From contig CAZBWK010000003.1 of the NCBI GenBank assembly GCA_964495655.1, positions 707 to 64,706 on the forward strand: a stretch of DNA of 64,000 nucleotides. The letters are read 5' to 3'. This DNA is from an uncultured Prolixibacteraceae bacterium. Its GTDB lineage: Bacteria > Bacteroidota > Bacteroidia > Bacteroidales > Prolixibacteraceae. Positions 29,479-39,829 of this stretch are shown in pieces. Under the pieces are notes generated by a model, which did no database searches, was not told the DNA's origin, and worked only from the letters and a program-made list of their open reading frames with translations. Numbering within the stretch: position 1 is the first letter of the stretch; every line of letters begins with the position of its first letter. The position numbers and the translations under genes were made by a program.

Positions 29479-30937
29479 TTTGCATATTTTCATAAGATTT
29501 TCCACTCTCCACCTTCTGTCAGATGGAGCTTATTACGTTTTGTGTGTTGTGCTGTCGATGGCGGTTTTGCTGGGCATTCATCTTATGAGCAGGGTAAAAA
29601 CGGCCAGGTCGGGCAACCGTTTAAGCGCCCTTGCCATAGCACTTGGAATAATTATTACCCTTATAAAGAAAGATATTCTTCCTGTGTGGGCGATCTATCC
29701 GGGCATGATAGCCGGTGTATTTATCGGGCTCAGAGTTGCACGGGTTGTAAAGATGATTGAGATGCCTCAGCTGGTGGCATTTTTAAACGGGGTAGGCGGC
29801 GGTGCCTCTGCGATAGTTGCCTCCTTTGCCTTTTTGTCATTGCACGGAGGCGCTGATATATTTGGCAGATTAACTTCGGTTGTTGCAGTGTCGGTTGGAT
29901 TGACGACCCTGTCGGGCAGCCTGGTGGCAGCAGGCAAGTTGCACAAGGTATTGACACAGAAGCCTGTTGTTTTGCCATATCACCGGCTCTGGTCGGCGCT
30001 TATATTGATTATTCTTCTGTTGCTTATAGTTATGAGCACTTTTTTGCCGGGAATTGGCGGAGAGATTTACCTCACCCTGGTTGTTCTTGTTTCAGCAGCC
30101 TTTGGGTTGATCTTTGCCATCCGGGTAGGTGGAGCCGACATGCCCATAACGATCTCATTGCTGAACAGTTTCAGTGGTGTTGCTGCGGCCATAGCAGGAT
30201 TTGCGGTTACCGACATTTTGTTGGTGTCCATAGGAGGCATTGTGGGGGCTTCAGGTCTTTTTCTGACACAGATCATGTGCAGGGCCATGAACAGGAGTCT
30301 GCCGGATATTTTGCTTGGCAGGACGGTACTGCAGGGCGGCGGTGTTGTTTCACAGACGGGAGAGGGTGAATCCGGAGAAGGTCTGTGGGGTGAAGAGAGT
30401 GTGTCGGCGGCAGGTGATGATCCAGGAGGTGAGGTTGATGTAACGGGACTTATCAACAGTGCCGGGAATGTTATAATAGTACCGGGTTACGGTATGGCGC
30501 TGGCTCATGCGCAGCACCTTGTCAAACAGCTTGCCGTTAAGCTGAAGGGCAGGGGTGCAGAAGTGAGGTATGCTATACATCCGGTTGCAGGCAGGATGCC
30601 CGGTCACATGGATGTACTTTTGATAGAGGCAGGTGTTCCCTTTGAGGATGTATATGAGATGGATGATATAAACGATGCTTTCAGGGATGCAGACCTTACC
30701 ATAGTGGTAGGAGCCAATGATGTACTGAACCCTTCAGCCCGTGATGCTGAGGGGACTCCTATCTACGGCATGCCGATACTGAATGTAGACCATTGTCGTA
30801 ACATATTGATTTTCAACTATGATCTTCAACCCGGATATTCAGGGGTGGCGAATCCTCTCTATTTGAGGAAGAAGGGAGTTACCATAATTGAGGGAGATGC
30901 TGCAGTGACACTTGCTGAGCTGCTAAATAATCTGTAA
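29471..30937 (+). CDS. pntB: NAD(P) transhydrogenase subunit beta
   Basis: It has a transmembrane domain plus the dIII blocks PGYGMA.AHAQH and HPVAGRMPGHM. The ATG at 29471 overlaps the pntAB stop (ATGAGTGA). The ORF-track TTG at 29441 is unlikely. Confidence 0.92.
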   Translation: MSDLHIFIRFSTLHLLSDGAYYVLCVVLSMAVLLGIHLMSRVKTARSGNRLSALAIALGIIITLIKKDILPVWAIYPGMIAGVFIGLRVARVVKMIEMPQLVAFLNGVGGGASAIVASFAFLSLHGGADIFGRLTSVVAVSVGLTTLSGSLVAAGKLHKVLTQKPVVLPYHRLWSALILIILLLLIVMSTFLPGIGGEIYLTLVVLVSAAFGLIFAIRVGGADMPITISLLNSFSGVAAAIAGFAVTDILLVSIGGIVGASGLFLTQIMCRAMNRSLPDILLGRTVLQGGGVVSQTGEGESGEGLWGEESVSAAGDDPGGEVDVTGLINSAGNVIIVPGYGMALAHAQHLVKQLAVKLKGRGAEVRYAIHPVAGRMPGHMDVLLIEAGVPFEDVYEMDDINDAFRDADLTIVVGANDVLNPSARDAEGTPIYGMPILNVDHCRNILIFNYDLQPGYSGVANPLYLRKKGVTIIEGDAAVTLAELLNNL

Positions 30938-30976
30938 TTAACCGGTAAGTAATGAAGTAGTTATAATTTATCAGGT

Positions 30977-31780
30977 ATGACCATATCAAATTTAAGGGAA
31001 CGACTTTATAAAATAATTTTTGAAGCAGATACCCGGACAGGAAAAATTTTCGATGTTGTTTTACTTGGAATTATTTTTATAAGTGTCCTGTTGGTTCTTC
31101 TTGAAAGTGTTCCCGGGATCAGAAAAGAGCATCATGATTTTCTTGTATTATCAGAATGGATTATTACCGGTATTTTTACCATTGAATATATTTTGAGGAT
31201 ACTCATAGTTAAAAAGCCGGCAAAATACATTTTTAGTTTTTACGGGATTATTGATTTCCTGGCAGTTATACCCACTTATGCCGGACTGTTTGCGGCCACA
31301 TATCAAAGTTTGATAATAATCAGGATATTCAGGTTTTTAAGAATTTTCAGAGTTTTAAAGCTTACCCGCTACACTATAGCCGGGAGAAGTCTGGCACGGG
31401 CAATATGGGCAAGCCGGGAGAAGATAAGTGTTTTTATATTTTTTGTGATCATTCTGGTTATAATTATAGGTACATTGATGTACCTGTTAGAGGGAGAGGA
31501 GAATGGATATAAAAGTATTCCGTTAAGTATTTACTGGGCAATTGTTACACTTACAACTGTTGGATACGGGGATATAAGTCCTGCGACACCCGCAGGTCAG
31601 CTTCTGGCAAGCTTTGTGATGATAATCGGTTATGCGATTATAGCAGTACCAACCGGTATTGTTACAGCAGAGATGATAAGATCATCGAAAGCGACAAATA
31701 CTCAGGTTTGTAATAATTGTTTATATGACAATCATGATGATGATGCCCTTTTTTGTAAAAAGTGCGGTAATAAATTGTGA
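30977..31780 (+). CDS. Voltage-gated-type (6TM) potassium channel with a C-terminal zinc ribbon
   Basis: 267 aa. The S4 segment RIFRFLRIFRVLKLTRY has a basic residue at every third position. The selectivity filter is TLTTVGYGD. The C-terminal end is CNNC-x13-CKKC. Confidence 0.8.
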   Translation: MTISNLRERLYKIIFEADTRTGKIFDVVLLGIIFISVLLVLLESVPGIRKEHHDFLVLSEWIITGIFTIEYILRILIVKKPAKYIFSFYGIIDFLAVIPTYAGLFAATYQSLIIIRIFRFLRIFRVLKLTRYTIAGRSLARAIWASREKISVFIFFVIILVIIIGTLMYLLEGEENGYKSIPLSIYWAIVTLTTVGYGDISPATPAGQLLASFVMIIGYAIIAVPTGIVTAEMIRSSKATNTQVCNNCLYDNHDDDALFCKKCGNKL

Positions 31781-31879
31781 TAAATAAATAGTTTAATTTT
31801 TATTAAAGCATGTTGGAATGTTTATTTTTGTGACAATTGAATTGTTGTTAATTAAGGGCAACAAAAAATCATCACAAAA

Positions 31880-32674
31880 ATGAAGCAATATCTGCACCTT
31901 CTTGAAACCATTCTTGATAAAGGAGTTGAAAAGGCAGACCGCACAGGAACCGGCACAATAAGTATATTCGGGCACCAGATGAGGTTTGACCTGGGTGAGG
32001 GATTTCCTGTTGTCACTACAAAAAAGCTTCACCTTAAATCGATTATACACGAATTATTATGGTTTCTTGCCGGCGATACTAATGTAAAATATTTACAGGA
32101 TCATGGCGTCAGGATCTGGAATGAATGGGCTGACCCCGACGGTAACCTCGGACATATATACGGTTATCAGTGGCGAAGCTGGCCGACGCCTGAGGGAAGG
32201 CATATTGATCAGATCAGCGAATTGATAGATTCAATTAAAGACAATCCCGATTCACGAAGGCATATTGTCAGTTCATGGAATGTAGGCGAGTTGGATAAGA
32301 TGAATCTTCCGCCCTGTCATGTTTTATTCCAGTTTTACGTAGCACGGGGCAAACTCTCTTGTCAGCTATATCAGCGGAGTGCCGACGTATTTTTAGGGGT
32401 TCCTTTCAATATTGCGTCATATGCATTACTTACCCTTATGGTAGCACAGGTAACAGGACTCAAACCGGGTGATTTTATACATACATTCGGTGATGTCCAT
32501 ATTTATTCCAATCATACAGAGCAGGTTAAACTTCAGCTTTCAAGAAAGCCATTTCCCCTGCCTGTCATGAAGATCAATCCTGATGTGAAAAGCATTTTCG
32601 ATTTTAAATATGAAGATTTTGAACTTGTAAATTATCAGGCACATCCACATATAAAAGGCCAGGTAGCAGTTTAA
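31880..32674 (+). CDS. thyA: Thymidylate synthase (ThyA)
   Basis: 264 aa. Blocks DRTGTGT.S.FG, LPPCH..FQFYV and the C-terminal IKGQVAV match ThyA. Confidence 0.95.
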   Translation: MKQYLHLLETILDKGVEKADRTGTGTISIFGHQMRFDLGEGFPVVTTKKLHLKSIIHELLWFLAGDTNVKYLQDHGVRIWNEWADPDGNLGHIYGYQWRSWPTPEGRHIDQISELIDSIKDNPDSRRHIVSSWNVGELDKMNLPPCHVLFQFYVARGKLSCQLYQRSADVFLGVPFNIASYALLTLMVAQVTGLKPGDFIHTFGDVHIYSNHTEQVKLQLSRKPFPLPVMKINPDVKSIFDFKYEDFELVNYQAHPHIKGQVAV

Positions 32675-32685
32675 TATTATAATAA

Positions 32686-33189
32686 ATGATCCATAAAAAT
32701 ATTTCTATCATAGTTGCCATTTCTGAAAATTATGGTATTGGCAGGGACAATGAATTACTCTTTCATCTTCCCAATGATTTAAAGCGGTTTAAGAAAATTA
32801 CGACAGGCCATTCAATAATTATGGGAAGGAACACATTGCTTTCTTTACCTAAATGGCCTCTGCCCCGGCGCAGGCATATTGTCATAACAGATAAACCGGA
32901 TGATCATTTCAGTGGATGTGAAACTGTTTTTTCTGTGACTGAGGCACTCGAAAAGGTCAAAGATGAGCAGGAAGCTTTTGTTATAGGTGGCGGAATGGTT
33001 TACCGGCACTTTTTTCCGTTGGCCGGCAGACTTTATCTTACCCAGGTTCATAAAGATTTTGAAGCTGATGTATACTTCCCGGAAATAGATTTTTCAGAAT
33101 GGAAAGAAATCTCACGCGAAGAGTTTTACGATGAGGATAACGAATTTGACTATACCTGTCTGAATCTGGTGAGAACGGCTATTATTTAG
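32686..33189 (+). CDS. folA: Dihydrofolate reductase
   Basis: 167 aa. Blocks IIVAISENYGIG, LPNDLKRFKK.T, IMGRNT and VIGGG match DHFR. It starts 11 nt after thyA. Confidence 0.9.
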   Translation: MIHKNISIIVAISENYGIGRDNELLFHLPNDLKRFKKITTGHSIIMGRNTLLSLPKWPLPRRRHIVITDKPDDHFSGCETVFSVTEALEKVKDEQEAFVIGGGMVYRHFFPLAGRLYLTQVHKDFEADVYFPEIDFSEWKEISREEFYDEDNEFDYTCLNLVRTAII

Positions 33190-33244
33190 TTGAATTCCTG
33201 TTGGTAAAATCTGGTTATCAGATAAGCTGATAATATGTCATATT

Positions 33245-34783
33245 TTATGTCCCCCAATTCTCACGGTCCAGACTCCGGTAATGTATAGCTTCAGAGAGAT
33301 GGTGAGCCAATATTTTTTCTTCATTTTCCAGATCAGCTATTGTGCGTGCAACTTTCAGTATGCGGTCATAAGCCCTGGCTGACAAACCAAGCCTTTCCAT
33401 TGCAACCTTTATGAGCTCATTGCAGGTATTATCCATTCTGACAAATTTATGTATCAGTTTTGAACTCATCTGGGCATTGGAATAGATACCCTTATAAGGT
33501 GAAAATCGTTTTTCCTGTATTTTTCTGGCTGCGATCACCCTTTCCCTTACCGATTTGCTGGATTCGGAACTTTCCATCTCTGCAAGTTTTTTAAACGGGA
33601 CCGGAACAACTTCTAAATGAATATCAATCCTGTCGAGCAGGGGACCTGATATCTTGTTAAGGTATTTTTGCACCACCCCGGGGGCACAACGGCACTCTTT
33701 GGTCGGGTGATTATAAAAGCCACACGGACAGGGGTTCATTGATGCGACAAGCATAAAGCTGGACGGATATTCAACTGACACTTTTGCTCTTGAGATGGAA
33801 ATAACTCTTTCTTCCAGTGGTTGACGCATCACTTCGAGCACAGATCGTTTAAATTCAGGTAATTCGTCAAGAAACAATACACCATTATGTGCCAGGGAAA
33901 TCTCTCCCGGTTGCGGATAATTGCCTCCACCTACAAGGGCAACATCGCTGATAGTGTGGTGTGGTGAACGAAATGGACGCCGGGTAATAAGCGCTTTGTT
34001 TTTTCCGGTTTTACCTGCAACAGAATGAATTTTGGTGGTCTCAAGTGCCTCTTGCAGCGTAAACGGGGGTAAAATCGTAGCTATTCTTTTTGCCAGCATT
34101 GTCTTTCCGGAGCCGGGCGGGCCTATGAGAATAATGTTATGACTTCCGGCAGCTGCTATTTCAAGAGCCCTTTTTACATTTTCCTGTCCTTTGACTTCAG
34201 AAAAATCTACATTATAATTATTTGTGTTTTCATAAAACTCAGCTCTTGTATTAACAGTAGTCTCTTCCAGATTATTCTCTCCGTTCATAAAGCGGATGAC
34301 TTCTGAGATATTGCCGGCGCCAAACACTTTAAGCCTGTCAACAACAGCCGCTTCACCGGCATTTTGCCTGGGAAGGATGAGACCTTCAAATTGCTCTTTT
34401 CTTGCATTTATAGCAATTGGCAGTACACCTTTTATTGGTTGAAGAGTGCCATCGAGAGAAAGCTCTCCCATGAGGATATATTTTTCCAGTAACTCTCCTT
34501 TTATCTGGTTAGAAGCTGCAAGAACTGCGGCAGCAAGAGGGAGGTCGTAGGCTGATCCCTCTTTTCGTATATCTGCGGGGGCCATATTAACTATGATCTT
34601 ATAACCGGGCCACTTATACCCGTTAAGCCGCAGGGCTGATTCAATCCGCTGCTGGCTCTCCCTGACTGCATTGTCGGGAAGACCTACGATCATAAATTTT
34701 ATACCTCGAGTGACATCAACTTCGATTGTGATAATTGTGGCATTTATGCCATTTACGGCGCTTCCGTATGTTTTAACTAACAT
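33245..34783 (-). CDS. YifB/ComM-family Mg-chelatase-like AAA+ ATPase
   Basis: 512 aa. It has a Lon-like N-terminal domain, a Walker A motif (GPPGSGKT), the block VLFLDELPEF, a Cys-rich insert and a C-terminal ChlI-like domain. Confidence 0.9.
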   Translation of the reverse strand: MLVKTYGSAVNGINATIITIEVDVTRGIKFMIVGLPDNAVRESQQRIESALRLNGYKWPGYKIIVNMAPADIRKEGSAYDLPLAAAVLAASNQIKGELLEKYILMGELSLDGTLQPIKGVLPIAINARKEQFEGLILPRQNAGEAAVVDRLKVFGAGNISEVIRFMNGENNLEETTVNTRAEFYENTNNYNVDFSEVKGQENVKRALEIAAAGSHNIILIGPPGSGKTMLAKRIATILPPFTLQEALETTKIHSVAGKTGKNKALITRRPFRSPHHTISDVALVGGGNYPQPGEISLAHNGVLFLDELPEFKRSVLEVMRQPLEERVISISRAKVSVEYPSSFMLVASMNPCPCGFYNHPTKECRCAPGVVQKYLNKISGPLLDRIDIHLEVVPVPFKKLAEMESSESSKSVRERVIAARKIQEKRFSPYKGIYSNAQMSSKLIHKFVRMDNTCNELIKVAMERLGLSARAYDRILKVARTIADLENEEKILAHHLSEAIHYRSLDRENWGT

Positions 34784-34859
34784 ATATACGGTATTTTTGG
34801 GTTAACAGGATAAAATTATAAAAAACGATTAATATAAGGAAAATTAGCAGTATAATCTT

Positions 34860-35789
34860 TTAGAACAGCCTTTTTCGTTTGACCAGATATGCAAGAAGTA
34901 CTTCACTGAAATCTTTGTTAATATCAGCTTCTGCAAGGTCTATCTGGTACTGGCCACATTTTATCTTCAAATTTTCAAAATATTCCCTGACTGATGAAAT
35001 ATACTCCTTCCTTACTTCAAACGGATTGAATTTCAGGGTTTGACCTGTTTCAAGATCTACAAATTTGTATGGACGGTTGCTGAAGCTGAATTCAAGTTCA
35101 CTGCTGTGATCATTTACGTTATAAAGTATTACTTCATGTTTGTTATACCGGAGGTGTTGCAGAGCTGAAAAAAGCTCATCTGAATTATTGCTGCCTATCA
35201 TATCACTGAAGATAATAACCAATGACCTTTTATGGATATTTTCAGCTATTTGATGCAGTACATCTGTAGTATTTGTATTTTTTCTGAGCCTGGCATTTTC
35301 CGGTTTAATTAATTCGGCCATTTTGCCGTACATCAGTTCTGCATTAACAGACGACAGCCTGGGGTCGGCATGAAATTCTATGTTGTCTGAGAAAAGTGTC
35401 AATCCTACAGCATCGCGCTGCTTGCGAAGCAGATATATTAATGCTGCTGCAGTATAAACGGAGAATGCAAGTTTATTGCGGAGCCGCTTGTCACCTTTGC
35501 TATAAGGGAACAGCATTGAAGAAGAGGTGTCAATAACAATCTGACACCTCAGATTAGTTTCTTCTTCATACTGTTTTATAAAAAGTTTATCAGTCCGGGC
35601 ATACAATTTCCAGTCGATATGTTTTGTTGATTCTCCCTGGTTATATAAGCGGTGTTCGGCAAATTCAACAGAAAATCCGTGAAAGGGGCTTCTGTGAAGA
35701 CCTGTGATAAATCCTTCCACCACCTCCCGTGCGATCAGTCCCAGATTATCAAACTGATGAAATTGTTCTATATCGAAAATATTCTTCAA
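34860..35789 (-). CDS. DUF58 (vWA-like) domain protein
   Basis: 309 aa. Blocks GLHRSPFHGFSVEFAEHR.Y..GE and IDTSSSM (MIDAS-like) match DUF58. The start codon is TTG, and there is no in-frame ATG nearby. Confidence 0.7.
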   Translation of the reverse strand: MKNIFDIEQFHQFDNLGLIAREVVEGFITGLHRSPFHGFSVEFAEHRLYNQGESTKHIDWKLYARTDKLFIKQYEEETNLRCQIVIDTSSSMLFPYSKGDKRLRNKLAFSVYTAAALIYLLRKQRDAVGLTLFSDNIEFHADPRLSSVNAELMYGKMAELIKPENARLRKNTNTTDVLHQIAENIHKRSLVIIFSDMIGSNNSDELFSALQHLRYNKHEVILYNVNDHSSELEFSFSNRPYKFVDLETGQTLKFNPFEVRKEYISSVREYFENLKIKCGQYQIDLAEADINKDFSEVLLAYLVKRKRLF

Positions 35790-35831
35790 GATCAGATCAA
35801 ATTAATAAAGAAACCCGGACTTAAATAATTT

Positions 35832-36149
35832 TTAAAGCAGGGCATCCAGTTTGGAAGTAAATACCTGCTTTGGTGCAGCACCAACCTGCTTGTCAGCTAC
35901 TTCACCATTCTTTACAAATAAGACTGTAGGTATGTTACGAATGCCGTATTTTATAGCAACATTTGGATTGGAGTCGACATCTACCTTACCTATCAGGGCT
36001 TTGCCGTCATATTCCTGCGACATCTCTTCAACTATTGGTGCTATAATACGACACGGGCCACACCAAACAGCCCAAAAATCAAGCATAACAGGTTTGTCAG
36101 ATTTTAAGATCAGTTCCTCAAAGTTAGAGTCGGTTATTTCTAATGCCAT
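35832..36149 (-). CDS. trxA: Thioredoxin
   Basis: 105 aa with the active site WAVWCGPCR. Confidence 0.95.
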   Translation of the reverse strand: MALEITDSNFEELILKSDKPVMLDFWAVWCGPCRIIAPIVEEMSQEYDGKALIGKVDVDSNPNVAIKYGIRNIPTVLFVKNGEVADKQVGAAPKQVFTSKLDALL

Positions 36150-36181
36150 AATTGTTTAAATTTATATTGTTACAAAATTAA

Positions 36182-39100
36182 TTAATTAATTGTATATCCT
36201 ATTTCAGGCCTGTCATTGAAATATTTCAGCAGGTTATCGGTAAGTTCAATTTTTGAACTTCGCGAAAACAGCTGCAGACAGAGATTGCTTTCCGGATCGT
36301 ATATTTTGAATTTTAACAAAGTACTGCCTTTATTGTTTGTGGCCTGCTCTTCAATTTCTTCAATGATTTTTTCAGATATTATGTTTAGCGGAAGATTGAC
36401 GGTTACACTTTTTATATATTTTTTACGGACTTCAGAGAGTAATTCAATTTGTGTCGCTTTGAATTCATAATATTCACTTCTGAATTTTTGTCTTACTGCA
36501 CCTTTTACCATAATGAACAGTCCCGGTTTGCAATATTTTTGAAAATTTACATAATCCTGTCCGAAGAAGAAAAATTCATATGAATCGAAATAGTCGGCAA
36601 GGGTCAGCGTACTGAAAGGTTTACCGTTTTTTGATATTCCTTCGCGTGCCGAGGTTACCATTCCCCCAACTGAAAATTCACGATCCCTGTATTTTATTAT
36701 ATCGTTTTTCAGTTCTTTCAGTGATACCTCTTTAGAGCAAAAATTTTCTATTTCCAACTTATAATCATCCAGAGGATGTGAAGTGAGATATATTCCTATT
36801 AGTTCTTTTTCCTTATCCAGCAATATAATTTTCGGCCACTCTTCCACCTCCGGAACGGCAGGTTTTTTTACAACATTGCTGATACCGGGGTCTCCGAAAA
36901 GTGATTGCTGCATGCTCTGTTTTTCTGTCTGTATCCTGTTGCCGTAACGGATAAGTTTTTCGATGAATGAGGTACTGTCATTTTCATTTTCACCGGCAAA
37001 GAAACTGCTTCTTTTTATTTCGTTCAGGTTGTCAAATGCGCCGGCCATTGCCAGGGCCTCCAGGTTTTTTTTATTTACCATTTGGAGGTTTACCTTTTCA
37101 ACGAAATCAAAAATTGTTTTATATGTCCCGTATTTTTTTCTTGTCCTGATAATGTTTTTAGATGCTGCTGAACCGACACCCTTAATCGCAGCCATTCCAA
37201 ACCTGATATCTCCGTTTTTATTTGCTGTGAACTTGCTGAAACTCTCATTCACATCAGGCCCTAACACATTGAGACCCATTCTGTGACACTCAGTCATTAG
37301 TTTAGTAATTTCACTGATATTGTTCAGGTTCCTGCTCATATTTGCCGCCATAAACTCACCCGGAAAGTGAGCTTTCAGATATCCGGTCTGGTAAGCAATA
37401 TAGGCGTAGCATACCGAATGTGACTTGTTAAAAGCATAGGATGCAAATGCTTCCCAGTCTTTCCATATTTTTTCAATTACATCATCAGGTTTTTTGCCAA
37501 CCAGATTACACTCATCAATGAATTTGAAATTAGCTTTGCAACCCTCAACAAATTTCATTTTAAGTTTATCCATCAGAGAGGTTATCTTTTTACCCATAGC
37601 TTTTCGCAGTGTATCGGAATCGCCCCGGGTAAAATTAGCCAGTAACCGTGAAAGGAGCATGACTTGTTCCTGGAACACCGTAATGCCGTATGTTTCACTG
37701 AGGTATTTTTCCATCATTGGCAGGTCATATTCAACTTTCTGTCGGCCGTGCTTCCGGGCAATATATGTCGGGATATACTCCATGGGGCCCGGCCTGTAAA
37801 GAGCATTCATTGCCACCAGATCTTCAAAACGGTTTGGCTTAAGCTCCCGCAGGTGTTTTTTCATTCCTTCCGACTCAAACTGAAATATGGCAGTTGTTTC
37901 GCCATGACTGAACAACTCAAAAGTTTTTTCGTCATTCCACGGGATTTTTTCAATATCTATCTCAATGTCTTTCGACAATCGTATATTTTCAAGTGTTTCT
38001 TTGATAATGGACAAAGTTTTCAGCCCCAGAAAATCCATTTTTAACAGCCCTATGCTCTCAACATACCTGCCATCATACTGTGTTGTGTAAAGGTTCTCTG
38101 AATCCTTGGTTGGCATAAGGGGAATATGGTCGGTCAGCGGATCACGGCTTATTAGTATTCCACAGGCATGAACCCCGGTTTGGCGGACCGACCCTTCGAG
38201 GGTTTCGGCAAATTTTATGGTTTTAGCAATCAGGGGATTATCCGATTTTTTCTCTTTATTAAGTTCCGGACTGTTTTTAAAAGCTTTTGCAAATGTCATT
38301 TTTGGGGCTTCAGGTACCAGTTTTGCCAACCGGTCGGCCTCAGGTAAAGGCAGTTTCAGCACTCTTGCAACATCGCGAATTGCCATTTTTGCCCCCATAG
38401 TGCCAAAAGTACAAATATGAGCAACCTTATCCTGTCCGTACTTCTGTGTTACATAGTCTAAAACCAGTTGACGGCCGTCGTCATCAAAATCTATATCCAC
38501 ATCGGGGAGCGATATTCTGTCGGGATTCAGAAACCGTTCAAACAGCAGGTCATATTTTATCGGGTCTATATTGGTTATGCCGGTACAGTATGACACAACT
38601 GCCCCTGCTGCAGAACCCCTGCCGGGGCCAACTAACACTCCCATCTTTTTTGCTGTATTAATAAAATCCTGAACTATCAGGAAATAGCCCGGGAAACCCA
38701 TTTGTGTAATAGTGTCCAGTTCGAAATCCAGGCGTTTAACAATATCATCCGGCACAGGATCTCCATATTTTTCCCTGGCACCTGTAATAGTGAGATGTCT
38801 GAGATAATCCGATTCCATCTTTACCCGTATGGCCTTTTCAAAACCTCCAATCCTGTTTATACCCTCTTCTCCAAATTCTTCAATCAGTTTCTCGGGAGGA
38901 TATTTCATTTTGAAATCTTTTTCTGTGCCGAACTCTTCGGGAATTGGGAAAACAGGCATTATTGGAGGAGCATCCAGTTCAAAAGGTTCAATTTTGCTGA
39001 CTATCCCGGAGGTGTTTTCGATCGCTTCCGGGATATCAGAAAACAGCCGGTTCATCTCCTCCTGTGTTTTAAACCACTCCTGTTTCGTATACCTCATTCG

Positions 39101-39829
39101 TGCCGGATCGTCGAAGTCCTTCCCTGTATTCAGGCATATAAGCAGATCATGTGCATCAGCGTCTTCCGCATTAATAAAATGAACATCATTGGTTGCTATT
39201 AATTTTATATTGTGGCTTTTTGAAAGCCGGATGATTTTTTCGTTTACCTTTAGCTGGGTTTCGTATACCTCTTCGCGCAGCTGCTGATCCTCAGCCGGAT
39301 GTTTCATCAGCTCAAGATAAAAGTCGTCTCCAAACGTTTTTTTAAACCAGAGGGCAGCTTTTTCAGCTTCAGGCAATCTGTTATCTCTGAGAAGCCTCGG
39401 AATTTCGCCTCCGAGACATGCTGAAGTGACAATCAATCCTTCGGAGTGCCTTTCCAGCAAATTTTTATCTATTCGTGGTTTATAATAAAAACCCTCATTA
39501 CTTGCAAAAGTTATTAGTTTTATGAGGTTTTTATAACCTGTTTTATTTTTTGCCAGTAATATAAGATGGTCGCCATACCTGTCCTCTTTGGCCGCCTTAT
39601 CATGTATACTTCTTGCGGCTACGTATGTTTCACATCCTAAAATGGGTTTGATTTTTAATTTTTTGCAAGTTTGATGAAATTCCTTTATCCCAAGCATTGT
39701 TCCGTGGTCGGTTAGAGCAAGGGCGGTCATACCATCTTCTTTTGCCTTATTTACAAGGTCAAAAACACTTGCTGCCCCATCCAGAATTGAGTATTGTGAG
39801 TGTACATGCAAATGTGTAAAAGGAATCAT
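36182..39829 (-). CDS. dnaE: DNA polymerase III subunit alpha
   Basis: 1215 aa. The N-terminal PHP domain begins FTHLHVHSQYSILDGA, followed by the polymerase core and an OB fold. Confidence 0.95.
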   Translation of the reverse strand: MIPFTHLHVHSQYSILDGAASVFDLVNKAKEDGMTALALTDHGTMLGIKEFHQTCKKLKIKPILGCETYVAARSIHDKAAKEDRYGDHLILLAKNKTGYKNLIKLITFASNEGFYYKPRIDKNLLERHSEGLIVTSACLGGEIPRLLRDNRLPEAEKAALWFKKTFGDDFYLELMKHPAEDQQLREEVYETQLKVNEKIIRLSKSHNIKLIATNDVHFINAEDADAHDLLICLNTGKDFDDPARMRYTKQEWFKTQEEMNRLFSDIPEAIENTSGIVSKIEPFELDAPPIMPVFPIPEEFGTEKDFKMKYPPEKLIEEFGEEGINRIGGFEKAIRVKMESDYLRHLTITGAREKYGDPVPDDIVKRLDFELDTITQMGFPGYFLIVQDFINTAKKMGVLVGPGRGSAAGAVVSYCTGITNIDPIKYDLLFERFLNPDRISLPDVDIDFDDDGRQLVLDYVTQKYGQDKVAHICTFGTMGAKMAIRDVARVLKLPLPEADRLAKLVPEAPKMTFAKAFKNSPELNKEKKSDNPLIAKTIKFAETLEGSVRQTGVHACGILISRDPLTDHIPLMPTKDSENLYTTQYDGRYVESIGLLKMDFLGLKTLSIIKETLENIRLSKDIEIDIEKIPWNDEKTFELFSHGETTAIFQFESEGMKKHLRELKPNRFEDLVAMNALYRPGPMEYIPTYIARKHGRQKVEYDLPMMEKYLSETYGITVFQEQVMLLSRLLANFTRGDSDTLRKAMGKKITSLMDKLKMKFVEGCKANFKFIDECNLVGKKPDDVIEKIWKDWEAFASYAFNKSHSVCYAYIAYQTGYLKAHFPGEFMAANMSRNLNNISEITKLMTECHRMGLNVLGPDVNESFSKFTANKNGDIRFGMAAIKGVGSAASKNIIRTRKKYGTYKTIFDFVEKVNLQMVNKKNLEALAMAGAFDNLNEIKRSSFFAGENENDSTSFIEKLIRYGNRIQTEKQSMQQSLFGDPGISNVVKKPAVPEVEEWPKIILLDKEKELIGIYLTSHPLDDYKLEIENFCSKEVSLKELKNDIIKYRDREFSVGGMVTSAREGISKNGKPFSTLTLADYFDSYEFFFFGQDYVNFQKYCKPGLFIMVKGAVRQKFRSEYYEFKATQIELLSEVRKKYIKSVTVNLPLNIISEKIIEEIEEQATNNKGSTLLKFKIYDPESNLCLQLFSRSSKIELTDNLLKYFNDRPEIGYTIN

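Noticed and set aside
28119-30607. Seven antisense ORFs of 71-148 aa inside the pnt operon (for example 28285-28731, 28713-29111 and 30067-30456).
   Set aside because: All lie opposite well-supported pnt genes in a locally GC-rich stretch where stop codons are rare. Their translations are Pro/Arg/Ser/Ala-rich shadows with no recognisable motifs.
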